In this document: one piece after another, positions 36,083 to 46,243 of the stretch | Position numbering within the stretch: the first letter of the stretch is position 1 | Layout of the letters: the number at the start of each line of letters is the position of its first letter | The notes under the pieces: generated by a model | Seen by the model: the letters and a program-made list of their open reading frames with translations, nothing else | What the model was told of the DNA's origin: nothing | Database searches by the model: none | Source of the DNA: an uncultured Clostridia bacterium | GTDB taxonomy: Bacteria; Bacillota; Clostridia; Christensenellales; UBA3700 | NCBI GenBank assembly: GCA_947176265.1 | Contig: CAMWQA010000003.1 | Span: 1 to 62,017 of the forward strand | Direction of reading: 5' to 3' | DNA: 62,017 nt | Program-made: the position numbers and the translations under genes

Positions 36083-36685
36083 TTATAGCAACTCTCTTAC
36101 TCTCAACTTTGCGCCCACAGACTTTGCAATCTCTCTTGCCTTGGCAATCTCTTCTTGACCTATTACGTCGACTACGCTCAATACCACATTGCCTCCGTGG
36201 TTTACGCACTTCTTTGCAAAGTCAATCATTATGTCGAATGCTCTCTCGCCATAGTCGCTGTGGCAAATCTTATCGTACTTGATAGCGTCGGTAGCGTTGA
36301 GAGATACGTTAATCGTGTCAATGCACTTTGAAATTCTTTCCGTAATGTCTTGACCCAAAATCTCATTAGCCTGACCGTTGGTATTTATTCTCGTCTTTGC
36401 GCCCTTGGAATGAACGTAATCGCTTATCTTCTCTATAGCGTCAAAGCGGTATGTGGGCTCTCCGTATCCGCAAAACACCACTTCGCCGTAATCAGCAAGG
36501 TTGTAATCTTTGTCAAGAATATCTATAACTACGTCTGCGCTCGGCTCGTCCTTGATCCACAAATCTCCGTAGATCGGCTTGTCGTAGTAGCGCACGCAAA
36601 ACTCGCAACGGTTGGAACAACGGTTTGTCAAGTTGATATAAACGTTGTTGTCTACTGTATAAACGTATCTATTTTGCATAATCAA
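36083..36685 (-). CDS. Radical SAM protein of the TatD-associated type
   Basis: 'LTNRCSNRCEFCVR' (CX3CX2C). The ~200-aa gene is wedged between tatD and rsmA, as described for the TatD-linked radical SAM family. Confidence 0.75.
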   Translation of the reverse strand: MIMQNRYVYTVDNNVYINLTNRCSNRCEFCVRYYDKPIYGDLWIKDEPSADVVIDILDKDYNLADYGEVVFCGYGEPTYRFDAIEKISDYVHSKGAKTRINTNGQANEILGQDITERISKCIDTINVSLNATDAIKYDKICHSDYGERAFDIMIDFAKKCVNHGGNVVLSVVDVIGQEEIAKAREIAKSVGAKLRVRELL

Positions 36686-36689
36686 TACC

Positions 36690-37463
36690 TCACTTCTTAT
36701 ATTTAAAAAACAATCTTTTTGTATTTTCGCAAGTTAATTGTTCGATTATTTCTCTATCCACGCCCTTTACGCTTGCAATCTTATCAACGACAAGATTGAC
36801 GTATTTGGGCTCGTTGGGCTGCCCTCTATACGGCACAGGCGTCATGTACGGGCAATCAGTCTCCACTAACAGCCTATTCTCGGGGATTGCCATAATCACG
36901 TCGTCTTTCTTTGCGTTCTTAAAGGTAATGGCTCCGCCAAGCGCGTAATAACAATCGTATTTATTAAATTGCTTTATCATCTCAACGCTTCCCGAATAAC
37001 AGTGCAACAATACTCCGTGATTCAACTTATCTTTATGAGCATTTAGTATATCTATTGCATCGCCGTAAGCGTCGCGGATATGCAATACTATAGGCAATCC
37101 CACTTTATCGGCAAGTTTTATCTGTCTTGCAAAGACGTCTCTCTGTACGTCGCGTTCTGACTTGTCGTAAAAATAATCCAATCCTATCTCGCCTATTGCA
37201 AGCACCTTTTTGTTATTTGCATTTTGCAAATAATACGCTTCAACTTCGCTATCGTGATACTTTGCGTCGTGAGGGTGCGTGCCTATTATCGCATATATAT
37301 TGTAATATTTATTTGCAAGATCAATTGCGCTCTTTGATGACGATAAGTCAAACCCAACTTCAAAGACGCTTTCCAAGCCTTCTTTTGACAGGTCGCTAGA
37401 TATTTCTGCTACTCTGCCAATTAATCTTTCGTCGCTCAAATGCGCGTGAGAATCTATTAGCAT
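36690..37463 (-). CDS. tatD: TatD-family metal-dependent hydrolase (DNase)
   Basis: Start re-set to the ATG at 37461-37463 ('MLIDSHAHL'). The listed 29-aa N-terminal extension overlaps metG. 'GEIGLDY', 'LHIRDA', 'LHCYSG' and 'ETDCPYM' are present. Confidence 0.9.
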   Translation of the reverse strand: MLIDSHAHLSDERLIGRVAEISSDLSKEGLESVFEVGFDLSSSKSAIDLANKYYNIYAIIGTHPHDAKYHDSEVEAYYLQNANNKKVLAIGEIGLDYFYDKSERDVQRDVFARQIKLADKVGLPIVLHIRDAYGDAIDILNAHKDKLNHGVLLHCYSGSVEMIKQFNKYDCYYALGGAITFKNAKKDDVIMAIPENRLLVETDCPYMTPVPYRGQPNEPKYVNLVVDKIASVKGVDREIIEQLTCENTKRLFFKYKK

Positions 37464-37471
37464 AATTCGCC

Positions 37472-39442
37472 TTATCCAACGATACTTCCCGACTTGACTG
37501 CCTTGCAAGGAGTAATCAATGCCAAGTCGCCATTCTCGTCTTCTGCGCAAAGTACCATACCTTGCGACTCGATACCTCTCAATTTAGCAGGCTTCAGATT
37601 GGTTACGACAATGACTTGTCTGCCTACCATATCCTCGGGAGTGTAATACTTGGCAATACCGCTGACTATCGTGCGAGGTTTGTCTTCACCTACATCAATT
37701 TGCGAACAAAGCAATTTGTCTGCTTTTTCTACCTTTTTGCATTCTACGACAGTGCCCACTTTGAGCTCTATCTTTGCAAAGTCCTCTATACCTATTTGCT
37801 GCAGCGTGACAGTATTCTCCACTTTCTCTTTCTCCTTTTGGTTTGCTTGGGCTTTTTTCTTCTCTTCTTCCAAGATTTCGTCCATTACTTTCAATTCTTT
37901 AGCGATATCTATTCTTCCAAAAAGCTGTTCGCCTTTGTCTACTTGCAAGCCGTCAATCTTTGCGCCAAACTTTTGTATGCTGTCAAAGTCCGTCAAACTC
38001 ATACCGTCTTTGATACCAAGCTTGTCAAATATTTTAGCGGGTGTCTGCGTAAGGAAAGGTTGCAAGATTACCGAAGTCATTCTTATTGTTTCGCAGAGGT
38101 TGTAAAGTACGGTCTTAAGTCTCTCTTTACCCTCGTCAGTCTTGGCAAGTATCCAAGGCGTGCACTCGTCGATATACTTATTGGCTCTTTGAATTACCTT
38201 GAAAATCGTCTCCAAAGCTTCGGGGGCTCTCATCTCGTCCATGTATGCCGTAACGGTGGAATACATATTCTCTGCAGTGGCAACCAAATCTTTGTCAATA
38301 TCGTTGCTATCTATTGGCGCAGGTATTACGCCGCCAAAGTATTGCGCTACCATTGCCGTTACTCTCGACACAAGATTGCCAAGGTCATTGGCAAGATCGC
38401 TGTTGCGAAGTTTGAGGAATATCTCGTTGGTAAAGTTACCGTCCTGTCCGAATGGGACTTCTTTGAGCATATAGTATCTCAATGCGTCAACTCCGTATCT
38501 TTCGCAGAGAATAAACGGATCGACAATATTACCCTTTGACTTGCTCATCTTGTCGTTGTTGAACATAAGCCAACCGTGACCGTATACCTTCTTGGGCAAC
38601 GGCAAATCAAGAGCCATAAGAATTGCCGGCCATATAATCGAGTGGAAACGAATAATCTCCTTGCCCATCATATGTACGTCGGCAGGCCAATATTTTTTAA
38701 ACAACTCGTCGTTGTCGCTTCCGTAGCCAAGCGCAGTGATATAATTGGTAAGCGCGTCTATCCAAACGTATACGACGTGCTTTGGATCGAATGGGACTTT
38801 TACGCCCCAATCAAAGGAAGTACGCGATACGCAAAGGTCTTGAAGACCGGGTTTAATAAAGTTGTTAAGCATCTCGTTTTGACGCGTAACGGGTTGTAAG
38901 AACTCCTTGTCGTCTTCGATAAGCTTTTGAATTTTATCTTGATATTTGCTTAACTTGAAGAAATAGCTCTCTTCTTTCGTCAGTTCTACTTCTCTTCCGC
39001 AGTCCGGGCATTTGCCGTCGACTAACTGCGTCTTAGTCCAAAAGGCTTCGCAAGGCGTACAGTACCATCCCTCATAAGCGCTCTTATATATATCGCCCTT
39101 ATCGTAGAGTTTTTGGAAAATCTTCTGCACCGCCTTCTCGTGATATTCGTCAGTAGTACGAATAAACTTGTCGTAAGATATATCCAGCAAATCCCAAAGT
39201 TTTTTAAGTTCGTCGACAACGCCGTCAATATACTGCTTGACAGGCGTTCCGCAAGCATTGGCAACCTTTTGTATTTTTTGGCCGTGTTCATCCGTACCGG
39301 TAAGATAGAACACATCGTATCCCTGCATACGCTTATATCTAGCCAGAGCGTCACAAATAATAGTCGTATAGCAAGTGCCTATGTGCCACTTACCGCTGGG
39401 ATAATAAATAGGTGTAGTGATATAAAACTTTTTCTTCTCCAT
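37472..39442 (-). CDS. metG: Methionine--tRNA ligase with a C-terminal tRNA-binding (EMAP/Trbp111-like) domain
   Basis: 'PIYYPSGKWHIG' (HIGH), 'KMSKSKGN' (KMSKS), a zinc knuckle 'CTPCE...CPDCG', and a C-terminal 'VGTVVECKKVEKADKLL'. Confidence 0.95.
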   Translation of the reverse strand: MEKKKFYITTPIYYPSGKWHIGTCYTTIICDALARYKRMQGYDVFYLTGTDEHGQKIQKVANACGTPVKQYIDGVVDELKKLWDLLDISYDKFIRTTDEYHEKAVQKIFQKLYDKGDIYKSAYEGWYCTPCEAFWTKTQLVDGKCPDCGREVELTKEESYFFKLSKYQDKIQKLIEDDKEFLQPVTRQNEMLNNFIKPGLQDLCVSRTSFDWGVKVPFDPKHVVYVWIDALTNYITALGYGSDNDELFKKYWPADVHMMGKEIIRFHSIIWPAILMALDLPLPKKVYGHGWLMFNNDKMSKSKGNIVDPFILCERYGVDALRYYMLKEVPFGQDGNFTNEIFLKLRNSDLANDLGNLVSRVTAMVAQYFGGVIPAPIDSNDIDKDLVATAENMYSTVTAYMDEMRAPEALETIFKVIQRANKYIDECTPWILAKTDEGKERLKTVLYNLCETIRMTSVILQPFLTQTPAKIFDKLGIKDGMSLTDFDSIQKFGAKIDGLQVDKGEQLFGRIDIAKELKVMDEILEEEKKKAQANQKEKEKVENTVTLQQIGIEDFAKIELKVGTVVECKKVEKADKLLCSQIDVGEDKPRTIVSGIAKYYTPEDMVGRQVIVVTNLKPAKLRGIESQGMVLCAEDENGDLALITPCKAVKSGSIVG

Positions 39443-39473
39443 ACCAACCTTCCTTTGATAAATTTTCTATATT

Positions 39474-39502
39474 ATTATACATTACGCGTATTAAAAAGTA
39501 AA
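39474..39502 (-). promoter_or_regulatory. Putative sigma-70 promoter of metG
   Basis: On the minus strand: -35 TTTACT (39497-39502), a 17-bp spacer and -10 TATAAT (39474-39479). An AAGGAAGG Shine-Dalgarno precedes the ATG. Confidence 0.45.
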
Positions 39503-39505
39503 CAT

Positions 39506-39534
39506 AAAAAGACGCATAATTGCAATTATGCGTC
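39506..39534 (-). terminator. Rho-independent terminator ending the V-ATPase transcription unit
   Basis: Perfect palindrome GACGCATAATTGCAATTATGCGTC (39511-39534), followed on the minus strand by TTTTTATGTTT. Confidence 0.7.
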
Positions 39535-39564
39535 TCAATTTAATTTTAAAACAATTTGTTCAGC

Positions 39565-39774
39565 CTAACTTTGAGCCGGACCGCTAATCGACGGATCGCA
39601 CATATTTAGTCCAAGTACTATACCGACTACTGTCCAAAGGACTATGCCGTAAAACATACTTTGAAGAAACGCTTTTTTATAATCTTCATTCTTGACGAAA
39701 AAGTAAAGTACCAACGCAAGCGGCGGTAACAACACTCCTGCCAAAAAACAAAGGTCTTTTAGCGTCTTGGACAT
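39565..39774 (-). CDS. Small two-TM membrane protein co-transcribed after ntpD
   Basis: 69 aa with two hydrophobic helices. Its ATG lies one nt after the ntpD stop (TAGAATG), and the terminator lies only downstream of it. Confidence 0.45.
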   Translation of the reverse strand: MSKTLKDLCFLAGVLLPPLALVLYFFVKNEDYKKAFLQSMFYGIVLWTVVGIVLGLNMCDPSISGPAQS

Positions 39775-39775
39775 T

Positions 39776-40411
39776 CTAGACCTCCTCGGCTATCATTGCC
39801 TTGACCTTGACAAGACGTACAATCGTGCTTCTTTCGTTTTCGTCAAGCTTCATGGTTATAAAGCGTATTGTCTCCTCAAGTTGAGGTATCATAACGTATT
39901 CAAGCGCGTTTACGCGACGTCTGTTCTTTTCTATCTCTATGGCGAGCATATTACAGGTCTTTTCTACTTCGGCAAGTTTGACCATACTCTCAAGCAATCC
40001 GTTCATAACTTCAACTGAATTATCGAGTTCTGCGGTTACTCCCGAAAATGAATAGGGATATTTATCCCCATCGGTACTAGCCTTGACGGATATAAGAGGT
40101 ACTTCCACGCTCATTATATTTTGGCTGTCAAGTTCTATCTTAACGCTCTTTGACGGCATTGCGACTGCTTCTTGGATTACAGCGTCGTCGCTTACCGCCT
40201 TGGCAATGACAAAAGTGGTCAAAGCCGACTTAAGTTGAACTTCGACTTGCTCTCTAAGCGCCTTGTTTTGGTTAGCGAATTCCATAAACCTTCTGATCAT
40301 CTCGTCGGATTTATCTTTCAAGAGTTTGTGACCTCTTACCGCCATCTTAAGACGCGTCTTTAATCTTTTCAACTCCATTCTAGTGGGGTTTACGTTTAGT
40401 CTTTCTGCCAT
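39776..40411 (-). CDS. ntpD: V-type ATP synthase subunit D
   Basis: 'NPTRMELKRLKTRLKMAVRGHKLLKDK' and the C-terminal 'EEFERSTIVRL'-type helix. Length is 211 aa. Confidence 0.92.
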   Translation of the reverse strand: MAERLNVNPTRMELKRLKTRLKMAVRGHKLLKDKSDEMIRRFMEFANQNKALREQVEVQLKSALTTFVIAKAVSDDAVIQEAVAMPSKSVKIELDSQNIMSVEVPLISVKASTDGDKYPYSFSGVTAELDNSVEVMNGLLESMVKLAEVEKTCNMLAIEIEKNRRRVNALEYVMIPQLEETIRFITMKLDENERSTIVRLVKVKAMIAEEV

Positions 40412-40443
40412 TTGCCTGCCTTATATTATGTCTTTTTGCTATT

Positions 40444-40456
40444 TGAACAATGTTCA
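40444..40456. promoter_or_regulatory. 13-bp palindromic site TGAACAATGTTCA (copy 1 of 3), putative TetR-type operator
   Basis: Inverted half-sites TGAAC/GTTCA separated by 3 nt, embedded in TTGAACAATGTTCAGTT. It lies 33 nt upstream of the ntpD ATG. Confidence 0.5.
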
Positions 40457-40597
40457 GTTTTGCATTTTATCGACATATATTAAATATTTTGCGTATTTTC
40501 TTGCGGTTATCTATATCAAAACTTTATATATTAAATGTATTTGATATAGTCTTCTGCAAGTTACCATCACTTATATTCGACTGGATTTTATTTAAAT

Positions 40598-40610
40598 TGA
40601 ACATTGTTCA
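40598..40610. promoter_or_regulatory. 13-bp palindromic site TGAACATTGTTCA (copy 2 of 3)
   Basis: Exact reverse complement of copy 1, embedded in TTGAACATTGTTCAGTT. It lies 36 nt downstream of the ntpB stop. Confidence 0.5.
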
Positions 40611-40645
40611 GTTCGAATATTTTCCGCAAATCCTACGCAATTTGC

Positions 40646-42046
40646 TTACTTTTTATCTTCTTCTAGCTTTGCTTTGATTGGATCGTAATACATCTCAAGG
40701 TATTTGTCCTTGATACGCTTCATTTCCGATCTTGGCAAAAGCGTCAAGAGTTCCCAACCTATTTGCAAGGTCTCTTCTATAGTTCTGTTGGTATAGAAAC
40801 CTTGATTTATATATCTCTTTTCAAACTCTTCCGCAAAAGCGGCGTATTGTCTATCAAGGGGCGTAAGCGCTGCGTCGCCAAGTATTGCCGACAGTTCTTT
40901 GCACTCCTTACCTTTTGCATAAGCCGCAAAGAGTTGGTTCATATTACCCGAATGGTCTTCTCTCGTCTTGCCTGCGCCAATACCCTTTTGTTTTAGACGG
41001 CTGAGCGACGGCAATACGTCGATTGGAGGCGTATAACCTTTTTTGTTGAGTTCTCTACCAAAGATTATCTGACCTTCGGTTATATAGCCAGTCAAATCGG
41101 GGATTGGGTGCGTTTTATCATCTTCGGGCATAGTGAGTATTGGAATTTGTGTAATACTACCAGCTTTGCCCTTTATTCTTCCCGCTCTCTCATACATCGT
41201 AGCAAGGTCGGTATAAAGGTAGCCCGGATAACCTCTTCTGCCGGGGACTTCTTTTCTTGCCGCAGATATTTCTCTCAACGCTTCGCAATAATTGGTAATG
41301 TCCGTCATTATTACAAGCACGTGCATTCCTTTTTCAAAAGCCAAATATTCCGCAGCCGTCAAAGCCATCTTAGGAGTGGATATTCTCTCGATTGCAGGGT
41401 CGTTGGCAAGATTGATAAACATAACGGCTCGCTCTATCGCGCCAGTTTTGCGGAAGTCTTGCATAAAGAACTCTGCTTCTTCGTAGGTAATACCAAGCGC
41501 AGCGAATACAACTGCGAACTTAGAATCGTTGTTCAATACCTTTGCTTGACGGGCGATCTGCGCCGCAAGTTCTGCATGAGGCAAGCCGGACGCAGAAAAT
41601 ACAGGCAACTTTTGTCCTCTTACCAAAGTGTTAAGTCCGTCTATTGCAGATATACCAGTCTGAATAAATTCGTCGGGATAATCTCTTGCCGCAGGGTTGA
41701 TAGGCTGACCGTTGATATCGAGTTTCATCTCGGGAATTATCGGCGCGCCTCCGTCTTTGGGATTTCCCATACCGTCGAATACTCTACCGAGCATATCCTC
41801 CGATACGGCAAGCTCTAAGCTTCTACCCAAAAATCTTGCCTTTGACGTCGACATCTGCAAGCCTTGCGCGCCCTCAAACAACTGAACGAGAGCTCTGTCT
41901 CTATTGACTTCGAGTACCTTACCTCTTCTTATACTTCCGTCCTTGCCCTTGATTTCGACAAGTTCGTTGTAAGCCACTCCGTCAACGCCGTCTACCAGCA
42001 TAAGCGGTCCTACGATTTCTCTTATTGACTTATATTCCTTTAACAT
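40646..42046 (-). CDS. ntpB: V-type ATP synthase subunit B
   Basis: 466 aa: 'GPLMLVDGV', '[14 protein letters not shown]' (degenerate P-loop typical of B) and '[14 protein letters not shown]'. Confidence 0.97.
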   Translation of the reverse strand: MLKEYKSIREIVGPLMLVDGVDGVAYNELVEIKGKDGSIRRGKVLEVNRDRALVQLFEGAQGLQMSTSKARFLGRSLELAVSEDMLGRVFDGMGNPKDGGAPIIPEMKLDINGQPINPAARDYPDEFIQTGISAIDGLNTLVRGQKLPVFSASGLPHAELAAQIARQAKVLNNDSKFAVVFAALGITYEEAEFFMQDFRKTGAIERAVMFINLANDPAIERISTPKMALTAAEYLAFEKGMHVLVIMTDITNYCEALREISAARKEVPGRRGYPGYLYTDLATMYERAGRIKGKAGSITQIPILTMPEDDKTHPIPDLTGYITEGQIIFGRELNKKGYTPPIDVLPSLSRLKQKGIGAGKTREDHSGNMNQLFAAYAKGKECKELSAILGDAALTPLDRQYAAFAEEFEKRYINQGFYTNRTIEETLQIGWELLTLLPRSEMKRIKDKYLEMYYDPIKAKLEEDKK

Positions 42047-42056
42047 ACGCCTCTCC

Positions 42057-43826
42057 TTACTCTACGAATGCCAACTTATCAAGTTGCGCCTTCATATTTT
42101 CGTGAATCTCGTCCAACTTTGCAATCTCGGTTTCGGGAATAAACTTCATTCTGCCGATTGCTTCTCTTGCAGGGATTGCAATTATATCGTCGAAGTCTGC
42201 GCCTTTCTTGAGCGCCTCTTGCGAATATCTGTAACACTCCAATATAAGATTGAGCATCTTATGTTGCTTTGTAAGACTTGCGTAGGTATCTACGTCGTCA
42301 AAAGCGTCTTGTTGCAAATAGTCCTCTCTAATCGACTTTGCAGTCTCCATCGTCAGTCGGTCTTCATAACTCAACGCGTCTACACCGACGAGACGTACGA
42401 TTTCGTCGAGGTTTGCCTCTTCCTGCAATATAGTCATAGCTTGTTGACGGTTATCGTTCCAAGTTCTTTCCGTATTCTTACCGTACCAATCGCCAAGTCT
42501 GTCTACGTACAGCGAATAACTTTGCAACCAATCAATAGCAGGGAAGTGTCTAGCATAAGCAAGGGAAGAACTCAATCCCCAGAATACTTTGACAATTCTC
42601 AAAGTAGCTTGCGTAACAGGTTCTGACAAGTCTCCGCCCGGAGGCGATACTGCGCTGATTGCCGTAACAGAACCAACTCTTTCATCGCTTCCGATTGTGT
42701 TGACTATACCTGCTCTTTCATAATAGCTTGCAAGTCTTGACGCAAGGTACGCGGGATAGCCTTCGTCGCCAGGCATTTCCTCAAGACGGCTTGACATTTC
42801 TCTCAAAGCCTCTGCCCAACGGGAAGAAGAGTCTGCCATGATAGCCACGTTGTAACCCATATCGCGGAAGTATTCGGCAATAGTAATGCCGGTATACATT
42901 GACGCTTCACGAGCGGCAACAGGCATATCCGAAGTATTTGCTATAAGCACGGTCCTCTTCATAAGAGCTTCGCCCGTCTTTGGGTCGATAAGTTCTGGGA
43001 ACTCGTTGAGAACGTCTGTCATCTCGTTACCGCGCTCTCCGCAACCTACGTATACGATTATGTCCGCGTCAGACCACTTTGCAAGTTGGTGTTGAACGAC
43101 GGTTTTTCCGCTGCCGAAAGGTCCCGGAATACAAGCCGCTCCGCCTTTCGCCACAGGGAAAAATGTATCTATAGTACGCTGACCCGTCACAAGCGGAGCA
43201 ACGGGATACATTTTACTCTTAAAAGGTCTGCCTATTCTGACAGCCCACTTTTGGCACATCGTCACTTTGACGTCGCCCTTGGAAGTAGCGATTACGCATA
43301 TCACGTCGTCTACTTTATGCTCGCCCTCGGATATAGATTTAATTTTACCCTCTACGCCAACGGGGACCATAATTCTGTGCTCGACGACCTTAGTCTCTTG
43401 CACGACGCCAAGTATATCTCCTGCGACTACGCTGTCGCCTTTGGACTTTTTAGCTGTAAATTGCCAAAGTTTATCGTGGTCGATTGCAGGTATTTCCACG
43501 CCTCTGCCTATTCTGTCTCCCGTCATCTCAACGAGTTTTTGAAGAGGCCTTTGAATACCGTCGTAAATACCTTCGATAATACCAGGTCCAAGCTCTACAC
43601 TGAGCGGAGCTCCCGTGGATATTACCTTTGCGCCGGTACCCAATCCGCTGGTCTCTTCATATACCTGAATAGACGCCTTATCGTCACGCAATTCAATGAT
43701 TTCGCCGATGAGGTTTTCTTCGCCAACTCTCACGACGTCAAACATTTTGCAGTTACGCATACCCTCCGCTACGATAAGCGGTCCGGAAACTTTGATAACT
43801 CTTCCTACTTCTTGTTGCATAATCAA
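42057..43826 (-). CDS. ntpA: V-type ATP synthase catalytic subunit A
   Basis: 589 aa: Walker A 'GPFGSGKTV', '[10 protein letters not shown]' and the non-homologous insert typical of A subunits. Confidence 0.97.
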   Translation of the reverse strand: MIMQQEVGRVIKVSGPLIVAEGMRNCKMFDVVRVGEENLIGEIIELRDDKASIQVYEETSGLGTGAKVISTGAPLSVELGPGIIEGIYDGIQRPLQKLVEMTGDRIGRGVEIPAIDHDKLWQFTAKKSKGDSVVAGDILGVVQETKVVEHRIMVPVGVEGKIKSISEGEHKVDDVICVIATSKGDVKVTMCQKWAVRIGRPFKSKMYPVAPLVTGQRTIDTFFPVAKGGAACIPGPFGSGKTVVQHQLAKWSDADIIVYVGCGERGNEMTDVLNEFPELIDPKTGEALMKRTVLIANTSDMPVAAREASMYTGITIAEYFRDMGYNVAIMADSSSRWAEALREMSSRLEEMPGDEGYPAYLASRLASYYERAGIVNTIGSDERVGSVTAISAVSPPGGDLSEPVTQATLRIVKVFWGLSSSLAYARHFPAIDWLQSYSLYVDRLGDWYGKNTERTWNDNRQQAMTILQEEANLDEIVRLVGVDALSYEDRLTMETAKSIREDYLQQDAFDDVDTYASLTKQHKMLNLILECYRYSQEALKKGADFDDIIAIPAREAIGRMKFIPETEIAKLDEIHENMKAQLDKLAFVE

Positions 43827-44149
43827 TCTTCCTTATTAAACAATATGTCGGTGCCAATAGCCCTTTCCACGTCTGCCTTAATACCTTTCATACCGTAGCC
43901 GTTGGACTTGCCTCCGTCTGGTATCGGTATTATTGCCGGATAAGCTTTGGTCTTATATTTTGCGAGCAAAGAATCCATTTGCTCTGCCAGATTTTCCGTA
44001 ATAAATATTACCGAGTGAGTTTTGGCGAGTTTCTTTACGATAGCTTCGCCCTCCTCCTTGGTATCGGCGCAAAAGACTTCCATACTGATAGCCTTGAATG
44101 CCAAAATCAAATCTTTATCGCCAACTACCGCTATCTTGCCTTCACGCAT
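43823..44149 (-). CDS. ntpG: V-type ATP synthase subunit F (E. hirae NtpG equivalent)
   Basis: 108 aa: '[22 protein letters not shown]' and 'VIFITE'. It sits between the C and A genes. Confidence 0.9.
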   Translation of the reverse strand: MREGKIAVVGDKDLILAFKAISMEVFCADTKEEGEAIVKKLAKTHSVIFITENLAEQMDSLLAKYKTKAYPAIIPIPDGGKSNGYGMKGIKADVERAIGTDILFNKED

Positions 44150-45113
44150 ATAATTCCCTCAATCTGTCTCTTATGACGTCCTTTGCAACGTCGTTTTTGA
44201 GAAGTATACAAATCATTCTCACAATCTTTATCTCGATTTTCTTTGCCACGTAAAACCCTGCAATAGGGGCTACGGAAAAGATATCGTTGCGGCCTTCTTT
44301 AAATATATTGATAAGAGTATTGTCCCAAATTCTCTCAAACGCAACCATATCGCCTGCTTTGAGAGGCTCTGCAATTTGCGGATAAGGAGAATACGCCAGC
44401 TTATCAAATACGCTTTGCAATTCGCCGCCAAAGAAAGCTATATCAAGCTTTCCGCCGTCAATAAAACTCTCTTTGAATAAATCTACGTTACCCGCCTTGC
44501 TTGCTCTTACGAATGCCGATATATTCATCATATCTATATTCGTCTGCCAATAGGTCGTCATAAACTTGTTTTTAGCTTTTTTGAGCATCGCCATAATATC
44601 GAGATAGCAAGCCTTGTCAAGCGTCATATCTATAAATCTAGGACTTGTGTTGCCGTCTGCTCTTACGCTGTCAATAGTCAAAAGAGCCTTTTGCATACTC
44701 TCCGAAAGCGTCGAATAATCGTCGGCGTATATCAAGTCTTTGATTTCCTTGGGATCGAGATTACCCTTTGGCGCAAGCATAAAATCAACGTCGTCAAGGC
44801 GCATATACTTGCCTTTGACTATCGCTTTAAGGTTGTGGTAGTCAGACTTGACGGCAAAGGTCTCCATGCCTTGCCCTTCGGGCATTGCATCGAATACGAA
44901 TTCGCTGACTTTTTTGTCTTCCGCCTGCAAGATTTCGTCATAGTCCTTGGCTTCGACAACGATGCCGCCGCCGTAAGAACTTTCCAAAAGCACTTTAATG
45001 CCCTCTTCCAAAGAATCGCTGTACGCCATACGCACAATCTTCTCGTTGGTCAAGAAGGTATTTTCCAATGCCTTAACTCTTGCATTTGAATAGACCAAAC
45101 TGTTTTTTGTCAT
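44142..45113 (-). CDS. ntpC: V-type ATP synthase subunit C (V0 d / AC39-like)
   Basis: 323 aa, all-helical: 'YSNARVKALE...' and a C-terminal 'EIKIVRMI'. It sits between the E and F genes. Confidence 0.9.
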   Translation of the reverse strand: MTKNSLVYSNARVKALENTFLTNEKIVRMAYSDSLEEGIKVLLESSYGGGIVVEAKDYDEILQAEDKKVSEFVFDAMPEGQGMETFAVKSDYHNLKAIVKGKYMRLDDVDFMLAPKGNLDPKEIKDLIYADDYSTLSESMQKALLTIDSVRADGNTSPRFIDMTLDKACYLDIMAMLKKAKNKFMTTYWQTNIDMMNISAFVRASKAGNVDLFKESFIDGGKLDIAFFGGELQSVFDKLAYSPYPQIAEPLKAGDMVAFERIWDNTLINIFKEGRNDIFSVAPIAGFYVAKKIEIKIVRMICILLKNDVAKDVIRDRLRELYA

Positions 45114-45700
45114 CAGTCTTTGCTCCCAAACAAAATCCCGTCGATATTGCTCTCAATCTTTTCTTTAATCAAAGAAAGTTCCAATTCCAAAGTGAGATTC
45201 TTGTCGTAGTTCTTGCCCGACAAAATCACTCCGCCCTTGAAATCTCCAAATTCATCGCTCTTCGTCAATGACTTTTTGCTTTTCTTTGCAAGGTCCGCAA
45301 TCAACTTCTTGGTAATAATCTTGTCGTCTTCCTTTGCGACGATGACTTCGTCTCCGTCTTCGCAACACGATAAAATCATTTTTTCAATAAGCGCAAGATA
45401 GGTCTTTTGGTCCGCCTTGACAGCGTCCAAAGTCTCGTCAAACGCTTTGTCGATAATTTGCTTTTTCTTGCCTTGCAAAAGCTTTTTTGCATCGAGATTA
45501 GCTACTACCTGACTTCGCTCAAGCGCCTCTTGATACAGCGCGTCGGTTCTTCCCGAATTGCTTTCGGTAAATCTGTCGATTTGTCTTTTAGCCCTCGCGA
45601 AGATTTGATTAGCAGTATCGTTAGCCTCCGCTATATTAGCGTCGGCTACCGCCTTTGCGTCGTCTATTATCTTTTGGATAATTGCCTCTTTGTTGTTCAT
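45113..45700 (-). CDS. ntpE: V-type ATP synthase subunit E
   Basis: 195 aa with a long N-terminal charged helix and a globular C-terminus. The position is conserved. Confidence 0.85.
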   Translation of the reverse strand: MNNKEAIIQKIIDDAKAVADANIAEANDTANQIFARAKRQIDRFTESNSGRTDALYQEALERSQVVANLDAKKLLQGKKKQIIDKAFDETLDAVKADQKTYLALIEKMILSCCEDGDEVIVAKEDDKIITKKLIADLAKKSKKSLTKSDEFGDFKGGVILSGKNYDKNLTLELELSLIKEKIESNIDGILFGSKD

Positions 45701-45712
45701 AATAACCTAATC

Positions 45713-46243
<531 letters not shown>

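Noticed and set aside
39443-39564. T-box, SAM or other riboswitch leaders upstream of metG, and likewise upstream of proS, the ecf operon and transketolase.
   Set aside because: The leaders are short (about 30-120 nt), and I could not find the T-box core or other familiar riboswitch cores by eye. An Infernal/Rfam scan is still needed to be sure.
40444-40610. An invertible promoter segment (inverton) bounded by the two 13-bp inverted repeats.
   Set aside because: The sites match better as direct repeats (TTGAACAnTGTTCAGTT, 16 of 17) than as extended inverted repeats (13 bp only). An identical site sits at a TetR promoter, and no invertase gene is nearby. I keep it only as an alternative to test within the main finding.
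40450-40677. A 75-aa plus-strand ORF inside the ntpB-ntpD spacer. Its ATG is the centre of palindrome copy 1.
   Set aside because: It has no Shine-Dalgarno. Its composition is extremely hydrophobic and Phe/Leu/Ile-rich, as expected from translating AT-rich DNA. It also runs antisense into ntpB. I treat it as non-coding.
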